Assembly (NCBI GenBank): GCA_038065315.1
Contig: JBBTRF010000001.1
Coordinates: forward strand, 97,642-161,641
Direction of reading: 5' to 3'
Length of the DNA stretch: 64,000 nt
Source of the DNA: Patescibacteria group bacterium
Lineage (GTDB): Bacteria > Patescibacteriota > Minisyncoccia > Phycocordibacterales > JBBTRF01
The notes under the pieces are model-generated. The model searched no databases. It saw only the letters and a program-made list of their open reading frames with translations, and was not told the DNA's origin. Position 1 is the first letter of the stretch; the number at the start of each line of letters is the position of its first letter. Made by a program: the position numbers and the translations under genes. Below are positions 55,694 through 64,000 of this stretch, piece by piece.

Positions 55694-57127
55694 CTACCCC
55701 TTCTTCTCCTTCTTGATCTCCAACCCCAACTCGCGAATCTGCTCAGGAGAAACTTCCGAAGGCGCCTGCATCATGAGGTCGCGACCCTCACCGGTCTTGG
55801 CAAAGGCGATGACTTCGCGGATGTTTGGCTCGTTCTGCAAAATAGCGAGCAGGCGGTCGAGACCCCACGCAATACCGCCATGTGGTGGCGCACCAAAACC
55901 AAACGCATCGAGCATGTGGCCGAAATTCTTCTGAATGTTCTCGTCGCTGTGGCCCATGATCTGGAGTACGGCCTTCAGTGCCTCTGGCATGTGGTTGCGG
56001 ATGCTACCGCCGCCGATCTCGAAGCCGTTGAGGGCGACGTCATACTGCGTGGTCAAAATATCGCCGATATTTTCCTTCTTCATCAACCACTCGAAATGCT
56101 CCGGCTTTGGTGCAGAGAACGGATTGTGGGTGAAAGTCCAACCATGCTTGCCGTCGGCAGTCTTCTCGTCGGTCTTTTCGAAGAATGGAAAATCAATCAC
56201 CCAGCAAAATGCGAGGAGGTTTGGATCGTTCTTGTCGGTGCGAATATCCGGCTTGTCGTTGCCGTACTTTTCCATCGCTTCCTTGTATGACATGCGTGGA
56301 AATGGCACTTGTTGAATCTTCTTGTGCGGAGTGACGGTCTTCACGAGCTCGATGAGCAGGGCCTCGTTGAGCGCCATGACATCTTCACGGACCACAAAGC
56401 TCATCTCCATGTCGAGCTGGGTGAATTCCGGCTGGCGGTCGCCGCGGGTATCTTCGTCGCGCATGCAGCGAGCGAGCTGGAAATATTTCTCAAAGCCGGC
56501 CACCATTAGGAGCTGTTTGTACTGCTGGGGCGACTGCGGAAGCGCATAAAACTTGCCCTTGTCGAGACGAGATGGCACGAGGTAGTCGCGAGAACCCTCT
56601 GGGGTCGACTTGGTGAGGAGCGGAGTTTCGATCTCGGTGAAGCCCTGCTTCGAAAGATAGTTACGGATGAACAGGTTCACCTCGTGGCGAACGCGGATGT
56701 TGGTCTGCAGGCGCGGACGACGCAGGTCGAGGTAGCGGTGCGTGAGGCGTGCCTCTTCGCCGATCTCGTGACCGTCGCCGCGCACGTCGATGGGTGGCGT
56801 GTTGGCCTGGTTGAGGACCTTGATACCAAGAATCTCCAGTTCAATATCCCCGTTCTGCTTGTCCTTTTGCACATTTTTCTCCGGACGCGGGTTCACTTTG
56901 CCGGTGACCTCCACCACCCATTCAGGTCGAAGGGCGCTGCCGACTGCATGTGCGTCTTTGGCGCCGGGGAGAATGACGCCTTGCACTTTGCCGGTGACAT
57001 CGCGAAAATCAAAGAAAATGAGCTTGCCCTGGTCGCGGCGGATGTCCACCCAGCCGGAGATGCTCACTTCCTGCCCTTTTTTGCCCGCGAGGTCGCGGAT
57101 ATACGTTCGTTCCATAGGCGAAATCAT
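55694..57127 (-). CDS. aspS: aspartyl-tRNA synthetase (class II, compact form without GAD insertion)
   Basis: N-terminal OB domain; QSPQQYKQLLMVAGFEKYFQLARCMRDEDTRGDRQPEFTQLDMEMSF motif 2 region; GGGSIR; GLDRL motif 3. Confidence 0.9.
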   Translation of the reverse strand: MISPMERTYIRDLAGKKGQEVSISGWVDIRRDQGKLIFFDFRDVTGKVQGVILPGAKDAHAVGSALRPEWVVEVTGKVNPRPEKNVQKDKQNGDIELEILGIKVLNQANTPPIDVRGDGHEIGEEARLTHRYLDLRRPRLQTNIRVRHEVNLFIRNYLSKQGFTEIETPLLTKSTPEGSRDYLVPSRLDKGKFYALPQSPQQYKQLLMVAGFEKYFQLARCMRDEDTRGDRQPEFTQLDMEMSFVVREDVMALNEALLIELVKTVTPHKKIQQVPFPRMSYKEAMEKYGNDKPDIRTDKNDPNLLAFCWVIDFPFFEKTDEKTADGKHGWTFTHNPFSAPKPEHFEWLMKKENIGDILTTQYDVALNGFEIGGGSIRNHMPEALKAVLQIMGHSDENIQKNFGHMLDAFGFGAPPHGGIAWGLDRLLAILQNEPNIREVIAFAKTGEGRDLMMQAPSEVSPEQIRELGLEIKKEKKG

Positions 57128-57143
57128 AGCAGAAACCGCTCTT

Positions 57144-58889
57144 TTACGCCACGATCACCTGCCCCTCCTTCTCCACGAGATTTTTGTATTCAGGACAAGA
57201 GACAATGAGCTCTGCATGAGTGCCCATGCCGGCGACTCGACCCTTCTCCATTACGATGATCTTGTCCGCATGGCGGATGGTAGAAAGGCGGTGTGCAATA
57301 ATGATGCCGGTGCGCCCTTTCATGGCGTCGCGCATTGCCTGCTGGATGTGGGCGTCGTTGATGGTGTCGAGGCTGTTGGTCGCTTCGTCCAGGATGAGCA
57401 GGCTCGGATCTTTGAGCAATGCCCGGGCGATGGCCACACGCTGCCGCTCGCCACCGGAGAGCTTCACGCCGTTTTCGCCGATCTTGGTATCGAAGCCTTC
57501 GGGGAGACGGTCGAAGAATGAGCTGATCTTCGACAGCTCGGCGATCTCTTTGAGCCGCGCTTCAGTGACCTTGCTCTGATCCTTGATCCCGAAGAGCAGG
57601 TTGTATCGAAGCGTGTCATCCCAGAGGCGCACCTGTTGTTCGACGTATCCGATCGAGGAACGGAACGAACCCAAATCCACTTGTTTCAAGTCGACGCCGT
57701 CGATATCGATCTCGCCGGAGACTGGGTCAAAACCGCGCAACAGCAGGTTCACGATAGTGGACTTCCCCGCTCCCGAATGTCCAACGATGGCCGCCACTTC
57801 GCCTGGCGCGATCGAAAAAGACACATTGTGGAGTGCATCCACCTCGGTCTTTGCTTCCGGATACGCAAAGGAGACGTTTCTGAAGGTCACCGCACCCTTC
57901 AGTGGATTGAACATGATGCCATTCTCAGGCGAAACGATACTTGGCTTTAGGTCGATGATTTCGAAGTAGCGGAGCGCATCTACCGACACCACGATGAGTC
58001 GACGGGAGAGGCGGGCCAATTGGTCGGATTGATTAAACACCATACGAGCCCAAGCGATGGTGGCCATGAGGGCACCCGCCGTGAGCGATCCCTGCAGTAC
58101 GAGGTATGCACCAGTGGCGATGACGGCAAGGTTGCCTACCCGGCTACTCACGTCTCTGAATAGTCCGATGGTCATGTGATATTTCAACCACATTTTTTCG
58201 CCGAAGGCCGTGGCTTTGTGGTATTCCGTGGCCAATCGCGAAATGGTTTCGGTCTCTTGTCCGGAGAGCATCACGAGAGGTAATGATCGCAACACTTCCG
58301 AATACTGCTGGCCGACCACGTCGTCGATCTTGCGATATTCACGGATGGTCCGAGCCATTTTGATGTTTGCCGGTATGGAGATTGACAATGAGATGAGTAC
58401 GGTGACACCCACGATCGCACCCAGGAGATGATTGCTGACGAAGAGAAAACCGAAGGCAAAAACGATCGTCGCGATGCCTGGCAGAATATCGTACATGGAT
58501 ATTTGGGCCATCTGAGCGGATGCATTGGCTCCCTGGGTCGCCACCTTTTGTCGGAAGCCAGAGTTTTGGCCGGTGATCTGACCAAGGGAGAGCGACGATG
58601 CCTTTTTCACCGTATTCATGTCGATGGTCTTGTTGATGCGGAAGATGAATTTCTGGTTCTCCACGTTGGTGTGGATGAAGTCAATGATCAGGTCGCCCAA
58701 CATCATGAAACCGATGATGGTCACGAGGCGCCAAATGTCGCTCGCTATCGGGTGATAGAAAGCGTCGACAAGCTTGCCCCAATAATATGGCTGGACGAGC
58801 TCGAAGGCTTTTCTCGCGAAGACAAGAACAATGAGCACCCCGAAGGTGCTCCAAAACGGCCGCAGCAACATCAATAATTTTTTGAACAT
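57144..58889 (-). CDS. ABC exporter, fused permease/ATPase (MsbA-like)
   Basis: 6-TM N-terminal domain; Walker A GHSGAGKST; LSGGERQRVAIARAL signature; Walker B ILDEATN. Confidence 0.85.
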   Translation of the reverse strand: MFKKLLMLLRPFWSTFGVLIVLVFARKAFELVQPYYWGKLVDAFYHPIASDIWRLVTIIGFMMLGDLIIDFIHTNVENQKFIFRINKTIDMNTVKKASSLSLGQITGQNSGFRQKVATQGANASAQMAQISMYDILPGIATIVFAFGFLFVSNHLLGAIVGVTVLISLSISIPANIKMARTIREYRKIDDVVGQQYSEVLRSLPLVMLSGQETETISRLATEYHKATAFGEKMWLKYHMTIGLFRDVSSRVGNLAVIATGAYLVLQGSLTAGALMATIAWARMVFNQSDQLARLSRRLIVVSVDALRYFEIIDLKPSIVSPENGIMFNPLKGAVTFRNVSFAYPEAKTEVDALHNVSFSIAPGEVAAIVGHSGAGKSTIVNLLLRGFDPVSGEIDIDGVDLKQVDLGSFRSSIGYVEQQVRLWDDTLRYNLLFGIKDQSKVTEARLKEIAELSKISSFFDRLPEGFDTKIGENGVKLSGGERQRVAIARALLKDPSLLILDEATNSLDTINDAHIQQAMRDAMKGRTGIIIAHRLSTIRHADKIIVMEKGRVAGMGTHAELIVSCPEYKNLVEKEGQVIVA

Positions 58890-59035
58890 CTAGCCAGTGT
58901 AACAGAGTGTCAACATACTTGTCTACACCTTTTGCAATATGTCAAACATTCGGCGCGTTGTCACCGTTGTTTCTAAAGGCGGATGTGCTATAATTGACTC
59001 ATGAACAAAGAGGGCCGATGCCCTCTTTCTCGTTT

Positions 59036-59399
59036 TTATTCATCGCTACCTTTCACTTTCCCCCTACTCAACTTTGCGCCTTCAATCGCTTTTAACGCCA
59101 CCTCATCAAAATCAACATCCTGTTTTGCCGCCACTTGTTTATGTTCCTCAAACTTTTTCTCTGCGATTTCTTTCATCAGCACCAGTTCGTCGGAATTCCC
59201 GACATACTGAATTTTCCTCCAATTCACCTTCTTGGAAGACATTTTTGATATGTTCGGTTACTGTTGAGCGACCTTTGTCGTAGAGGGTTGCGATAGTGTC
59301 TTGTGTCAGCCATACCGTGTTGCCATCAAAGCGAACATCTATCTTGATGTTTCCATTTTTATCTTTGTAGATGACGATTTGGGAATTGGGTGTTTGCAT
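59036..59399 (-). pseudogene. RhuM-family (virulence/Fic-associated DNA-binding) gene remnant, frameshifted and truncated
   Basis: IVIYKDKNGNIKIDVRFDGNTVWLTQDTIATLYDKGRSTVTEHIKNVFQEGELEENSVC matches the RhuM N-terminus. The reading frame breaks right after, continuing for ~50 aa in a second frame. Total is ~1/3 of a normal RhuM. Confidence 0.4.
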
Positions 59400-59475
59400 G
59401 GGTTTTAATCAACCAGCCCCGCGGCTTGCCGCAGAGAAATGCTATGCGCACTGCTACCTTTCTGCCCCAGACATT

Positions 59476-60456
59476 TTAAATCAACAGCCCCGTCTTCTTC
59501 CGCACTTCCGTCATCTTCGCTTCGGAGCGAGCGCGGGCTTTTTTGCCGCCTTCGGCGAGGATTTTCAGGACACGGGTGCGATCTTTAGCGAGTTCGGCAC
59601 GTCGCTCGCGCAAAGGGGTCACAAAAGCGATGAGGTCCGCCAACAACGCCTCTTTCAAGTCCTTGTACTTCCCTGCTTTTTCGGTGTAAAGCGCGTCGAG
59701 ATACGCTTTGTCGCGGAACAGCTCGTGGATCGCGCGGACATTCGCCGGCACGCCGCCGGAAGAATCGGTGACGATCGACATCACCAGCTTGCGAAGCTCA
59801 TCATCGGTCGAGAAGAGTGGGATGTGGTTGTTGTAGCTCTTGCTCATCTTCTGGCCGTCGATACCAGGCACGGTCTTCACGGAGTCGAGAATGAGCGGCT
59901 CAGGCAACTTGAAAGTATCGCCGAAGATACGGTTGAATTTCTCCGCGGTGTCGCGGGCGTATTCCACGTGTTGCTTCTGATCCTGTCCCACCGGCACCAC
60001 GGCAGCGTCTTGAATGAGGATATCTGCGGCCATGAGGATTGGATAGTCAAAAAGGCCGACGTTGATCTCCTTGTTCTTCGCCTCTGCATCCTTGAAAGCG
60101 TGCGCGCGCATCAGATACGGCATGGTGGTGAGACAGTTGAAGATCCAGCCGAGCTCGGTCACCTGTGGTGTGTCGGACTGTTTGAACAAGGTCACCTTCT
60201 TCGGATCCAGGCCGATGGCGAGGTAGTCGAGGACGAGGTCGTAGGTGGCTTGGGAGAGCTCCGCAGCATTTTGGACGCTCGTGAGAGCGTGAAAGTCGGC
60301 AATGAAAATGTACGACTCATGACTATCCTGCAACTCGACGTACTGCTTCATCGCACCAAAATAGTTGCCGATGTGCGGGCGGCCGGTAGGCTTGATGCCG
60401 GAGAGGAGGATCTTCCGGTCAGTGTTGCCTGCGTTTCTTGTGTGAAATTGGAACAT
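59476..60456 (-). CDS. trpS: tryptophanyl-tRNA synthetase (class I)
   Basis: ILLSGIKPTGRPHIGNYFGA (HIGH), KMSKS present, 326 aa. Confidence 0.9.
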   Translation of the reverse strand: MFQFHTRNAGNTDRKILLSGIKPTGRPHIGNYFGAMKQYVELQDSHESYIFIADFHALTSVQNAAELSQATYDLVLDYLAIGLDPKKVTLFKQSDTPQVTELGWIFNCLTTMPYLMRAHAFKDAEAKNKEINVGLFDYPILMAADILIQDAAVVPVGQDQKQHVEYARDTAEKFNRIFGDTFKLPEPLILDSVKTVPGIDGQKMSKSYNNHIPLFSTDDELRKLVMSIVTDSSGGVPANVRAIHELFRDKAYLDALYTEKAGKYKDLKEALLADLIAFVTPLRERRAELAKDRTRVLKILAEGGKKARARSEAKMTEVRKKTGLLI

Positions 60457-60480
60457 ATCTGTATCAGTATATATGATGAG

Positions 60481-61500
60481 CTAGTATGCAGCCAAGACCT
60501 GCAGTAATTCCTTCGAGAGATTTGCAAATTCTTCCTTGGATTTCTCGATATTTTGCTTCGTCCCTTCCTGTCGATCCTCGATGAGGGCTGGATCAAGATC
60601 AAAGATCGCCACTCCGAGCTCCTGGCATTTTGCGGGAATTCTTCCGTAATCCTGTATTACGGCTAGCGGATCTTTCCAGCTTTTTTCCACCAGACCATTC
60701 CTCCCGTGCTTTTCTGAGAGAAAAAATTTGACCTTCTTGGGTATTTCCTCAATCCAGTGACGGTGGTCTTTGATCGGCTGCTTTCCATATACATTATACG
60801 AATTCACGATATACCCCACAAAAAGACCGTCGCCAGAGAGAACGAACTTGCCCTCTGTGTTACCCGACAAAGCTTTGCCTGTCACTTTCCAATTCTGCTT
60901 CCATTTCTCATACACTGTCCCGAGATTTTCTATTCCTTGGACACTAAAAGCGTCGGGCATCATGGGTACAACAAAATAGTCACCGCCTAGGAAGATGACT
61001 TGATTGAGAAGTGAGAGGCTCGGAGAAGTATCAATAACAAAGATGTCGATTTCGTCACTCAAACCTCGTGCTCGCAGAAAACGATCGATCGCGCTTGTCA
61101 CGAAGTAGCCATTTTGCTGGCCAGAAGCTGCCTGACCATAAGCTGAGACAAGAAGGTTCTCGTACAGCGACAAATTTACACTCCCCTTCAGAAGAAACAG
61201 ATTGTGGTTGCTATTTGAAACAGGAATCATCGGTACTGATATATCGATATCAGCACCTCCTTCCACGACCCCTTTTAGAACGGTGTAGATATCTTTGAAA
61301 GTCGATGAGAACAGCGTGTCAGTATAGTGATTGTCGCCCAGAGCAAGTCGGGAAAGATTGCACTGCGGATCAAGGTCAATAAGAGCCGTTTTGTAGCCTG
61401 CTTTGGCAAAGGACATCGCGCAATTGAAAGCAAGGGTTGTCTTGCCCACACCCCCTTTGTTGTTGGCAAAGAGCAGCTTTTTGGTACGAGGAAACTTCAT
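60481..61500 (-). CDS. ParA/MinD-family P-loop ATPase with ~90-aa C-terminal extension
   Basis: Deviant Walker A KGGVGKTT after MKFPRTKKLLFANN; DLDPQCN; the start was taken at the ATG at 61500. Confidence 0.65.
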   Translation of the reverse strand: MKFPRTKKLLFANNKGGVGKTTLAFNCAMSFAKAGYKTALIDLDPQCNLSRLALGDNHYTDTLFSSTFKDIYTVLKGVVEGGADIDISVPMIPVSNSNHNLFLLKGSVNLSLYENLLVSAYGQAASGQQNGYFVTSAIDRFLRARGLSDEIDIFVIDTSPSLSLLNQVIFLGGDYFVVPMMPDAFSVQGIENLGTVYEKWKQNWKVTGKALSGNTEGKFVLSGDGLFVGYIVNSYNVYGKQPIKDHRHWIEEIPKKVKFFLSEKHGRNGLVEKSWKDPLAVIQDYGRIPAKCQELGVAIFDLDPALIEDRQEGTKQNIEKSKEEFANLSKELLQVLAAY

Positions 61501-61537
61501 GGGAATAAGTATACCAAAAAGACGCGCGGAGCGGAAA

Positions 61538-63169
61538 CTAGCTCTTCTCAAACGCCTCGACCTCAATATGGAACGTCGAACCCTTGTGCTCACCTGGCGA
61601 CTCTACGCAGACCTTGCCGCCTTCGTGGCCTTCCACCATTTGCTTCACGACATAGAGACCGAGGCCGGTACCGCCCACATTAGTGGTGATGGCGTCCTTG
61701 GAGCGGCTGAATTTCTGGAACAATTTCGGGATATTTTCGGCGGAAATACCCATACCTGTGTCTTTGACCGCTAAGTCGATCTTGCCACCGCTACGGGCCA
61801 AATTGACGCTTATAGAGCCTTTTGGTGTGTATTTTACGGCGTTATCCACGAGATTGGTCACCGCCTGCTTGATCTTGCCGGCGTCGATGCGGGCATCATA
61901 ATTGGCCTTTTTGTCGAAAGTGAGCGAAATGGTCAAACCCTTCTTCTCCACGGTCGGTTTGAGCTCATCCACCACCTGGGTCGCCAGCGCGCTGAGGTCG
62001 GTGACGGTGAGATCATACTTCATTCGACCTTGTTCGATGCGCGAGATATTCAAAAAGTCGTCCACCATGATGGCCATACTCTTGCTCGATTCGAAGATCA
62101 CTTCAACTGCACTCCTTAGCTCAGGCGACACCTTGCCAAAGTTTTCTTCCATGATGAGCGAAGCGTACCCCTTAATTGCCGTGATCGGCGCGCGAATCTG
62201 GTGCGACGCAATCGACAAAAATTCCGACTTCAGACCATCGAGCTCCTTCAGGCGGTCATTCGCCTTTGCCAAATCTTTCGCCAAGCTTTCGATGCGCTCG
62301 CGAGTGGCGACTTCCTTGTACATATCTTTGACAAGCAAAATACTGAAAGAGAGGACGAGGCCAAATAGTAGAAACTTAATGATCCAGTCACTTAGTCCAC
62401 TGGGCTGAAGAAGGTTGAAAAGAAAGACGAGAACAAGCGCACCGGAAAAGAGCTGGGCTGAGATAATCTTTGCGCTCATTAGTTTGTACTTTAAGACCCC
62501 GTAACTCATGAAAAGCGTGTAGAGCAACACGAAGTAATTACCGAAAGGATACACATTAAATAGTTGTGGGAAAAAGTTGGTAATCCCTCCACCAAAACCG
62601 ATCATGCCGGCAATCAGAGTGTTGCGTATCTGTGCCCTAAACAAGTGATCATTGCTTCGTCGATAAGATCGTATGAGGACAAAAAGTGCCAGGACGGTAT
62701 ACATGCTGAAGAAAATAGGAAAGACATCGTAGTATTGTCCGGGGTTTATCCAGAATGTTCCATATCTTGATATCACCCCCGTCTTAAAAAGTGGACTAAA
62801 GCTAAAGATGGCAAGACAAGTTGCTAAGCCCCAAGAAATCTGACGCATCCGCCTATTTTTTTCTCCCGTAAGTATCGAGATGAAGTTGAAATACAGAACA
62901 GGAATAAAAATTGCGGAGACATCGAGAAGATACTGCCACCGAAATGCAACGTTTTCAGTGAGACTCGAAGTGACACCATAGAGGGAGAGGCCCCACAAAG
63001 CGATAGCGATAGAGGCAATGAGCCATGCCTGGTTTACTCGGGATTTGGTATTTCCTGAATACAGAGATAGAGCAAGACCTATACTGCTGAAGAAAATCAT
63101 TAAACTGGTAATTCCAAAGAGGTTCATACGAAGAAGAGTTAATGTTTCTTGAATTGTAACACCTCCCAA
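61538..63169 (-). CDS. sensor histidine kinase with 7-TM N-terminal sensor domain
   Basis: 7 predicted TM helices; HisKA (FLSIASHQIRAPITAI); HATPase_c (DNAVKYT, GGTGLGLYVVKQMVE). Confidence 0.85.
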   Translation of the reverse strand: MGGVTIQETLTLLRMNLFGITSLMIFFSSIGLALSLYSGNTKSRVNQAWLIASIAIALWGLSLYGVTSSLTENVAFRWQYLLDVSAIFIPVLYFNFISILTGEKNRRMRQISWGLATCLAIFSFSPLFKTGVISRYGTFWINPGQYYDVFPIFFSMYTVLALFVLIRSYRRSNDHLFRAQIRNTLIAGMIGFGGGITNFFPQLFNVYPFGNYFVLLYTLFMSYGVLKYKLMSAKIISAQLFSGALVLVFLFNLLQPSGLSDWIIKFLLFGLVLSFSILLVKDMYKEVATRERIESLAKDLAKANDRLKELDGLKSEFLSIASHQIRAPITAIKGYASLIMEENFGKVSPELRSAVEVIFESSKSMAIMVDDFLNISRIEQGRMKYDLTVTDLSALATQVVDELKPTVEKKGLTISLTFDKKANYDARIDAGKIKQAVTNLVDNAVKYTPKGSISVNLARSGGKIDLAVKDTGMGISAENIPKLFQKFSRSKDAITTNVGGTGLGLYVVKQMVEGHEGGKVCVESPGEHKGSTFHIEVEAFEKS

Positions 63170-63810
63170 CCCTCCCTCAAAGCCAGTGAGCGCATTTTTT
63201 TCTTTGGATTTACCACAAAACGAAAGTCCGCAAAGTCTAGCAGGTCCGTATCTGTGAGGTGGTCGGCATACGCCACAACTTTTTTATTAAGGAGGTTGTT
63301 TACCGCAAGATATTTCTGTGCCGCTTGTAATTTATTTTTTCCGTACAATGGCTCATCGGCAAAATTGCCGGTATAGGCAAAATTTCGTGTCTCTAGGCGG
63401 CTTCCCAAAGCATCGTGCACACCTATTTCCTCGGCAATGATTGCAACGAGTGGCTCGATAGCGCTTGAAAGAAGCACCACCGAATCATTATTCTGTAAAT
63501 GCTGGCGAATTTTTTCAAGTGCTCCCTCGTATATCCGATCTTTTAAGTTAGCATCGAAAAAAATCTTGAGTTCACTCTGAAACGTGGCGATCGGCCAATT
63601 TTTTAGAAAAGAAACTGCCACCATGCGGATCTTTTCAGTACTTTTCACCAACCCAAGCCCATAAAGAAAGAACCATGCACAGATTTTTAGAAAGAACGAT
63701 AGTGGGATTTTATTCTTGAGAAAAAGAAAATGGAGTAAGGCTTGCTGGCTCTGCCCCTTCAATAACGTCTCGTCAACGTCAAAAAAAACAACTTTTGGTT
63801 CATTAGTCAT
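63139..63810 (-). CDS. HAD-superfamily hydrolase (subfamily IB-like)
   Basis: VVFFDVDETLLKG motif I (DxDxT); HAD-IB cap; motif IV region VAYADHLTD. Confidence 0.7.
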   Translation of the reverse strand: MTNEPKVVFFDVDETLLKGQSQQALLHFLFLKNKIPLSFFLKICAWFFLYGLGLVKSTEKIRMVAVSFLKNWPIATFQSELKIFFDANLKDRIYEGALEKIRQHLQNNDSVVLLSSAIEPLVAIIAEEIGVHDALGSRLETRNFAYTGNFADEPLYGKNKLQAAQKYLAVNNLLNKKVVAYADHLTDTDLLDFADFRFVVNPKKKMRSLALREGWEVLQFKKH

Positions 63811-64000
63811 TGTGTTGTAAATGCCGATATTTTTTTGTGGACAACTCGGCTATCTCTAACATGATCTGATTTGTTAGAACTCTAAATGCCCTTCGACCAA
63901 GCTTGGTGTGAGAGTAGTTCTCAAAGGAAATTGGTTTTCCTACGTGCATTTCAACTGTCTTGCAAAATTTAGGAAAGGTATCTTTTCTCGACATGACTTC
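63803..64000 (-). CDS. C-terminal part of a probable 1-acyl-sn-glycerol-3-phosphate acyltransferase-like protein (runs off the window)
   Basis: MHVGKPISFENY...LTNQIMLEIAEL resembles PlsC C-termini. The frame is open to the window edge. Confidence 0.3.
   Translation of the reverse strand, partial: EVMSRKDTFPKFCKTVEMHVGKPISFENYSHTKLGRRAFRVLTNQIMLEIAELSTKKYRHLQHND

Noticed and set aside
59001-59210. 69-aa + strand ORF and TATAAT-like box near 58992 with a downstream hairpin
   Set aside because: The ORF reads through a hairpin and has low-complexity Ser/Phe content. It is more likely the terminator and UTR region between the ABC exporter gene and the RhuM remnant.
59371-60507. 378-aa ORF on the + strand
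   Set aside because: It lies entirely antisense to the well-supported trpS gene and has no domain; it is a typical shadow ORF.
1-64000. CRISPR arrays, IS elements/transposases, integrases, rRNA genes
   Set aside because: None was found on scanning: no regularly spaced short direct repeats, no DDE/HNH/tyrosine-recombinase-like ORFs, and no rRNA-like conserved stretches.

Overview
This 64-kb chromosomal segment is mostly housekeeping genes. Its compact gene forms (ProRS 422 aa, AspRS 477 aa with no GAD insertion, short MreC/MreD) are consistent with a reduced-genome, CPR/Patescibacteria-like bacterium, but they do not prove it. Core content: frr (3' end), rseP, proS, mreB-mreC-mreD-like-PBP2, greA, lysS, yciB-like, DUF192, mraZ-rsmH-ftsL-like-ftsI-murF, tRNA-Glu(CTC), RmuC, rplU, recR, an intein-containing dnaB, cysS, CorA-like, S41 Ctp protease, rplI, rpmA, EVE-domain protein, M23 peptidase, gltX, murG-ftsW, S11 D-Ala-D-Ala carboxypeptidase, scpB-scpA, aspS, an ABC exporter, trpS, a histidine kinase, a HAD hydrolase. 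Accessory or unusual content: (1) Downstream of tRNA-Glu there is a perfect 22-bp-stem hairpin, an exact 18-nt copy of the tRNA 3' end 142 bp further on, and then two tandem HicB-HicA toxin-antitoxin pairs. (2) Two small GC3-rich islets with different codon usage (10454-11110 and 20157-21440). (3) A type IV pilin/minor-pilin operon ending in a 774-aa pilin-like protein built of LVIVD beta-propeller repeats. (4) A nested 25-bp-arm inverted repeat after that operon. (5) A single ORF6N-domain gene. (6) An AT-rich NYN-domain gene beside dnaB. (7) A DnaB mini-intein carrying a LAGLIDADG homing endonuclease. (8) An AT-rich, translationally coupled M.HpaII/M.MspI-like C5-methyltransferase plus putative restriction endonuclease wedged between scpA and aspS. 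(9) A RhuM-family gene remnant. (10) A ParA/MinD-like ATPase next to an orphan histidine kinase. (11) Two diverged copies of a ~75-nt element containing a tandem 22-nt direct repeat. No CRISPR array, transposase or rRNA was seen. All calls rest on reading the translated ORFs and the DNA directly; no database search was possible.
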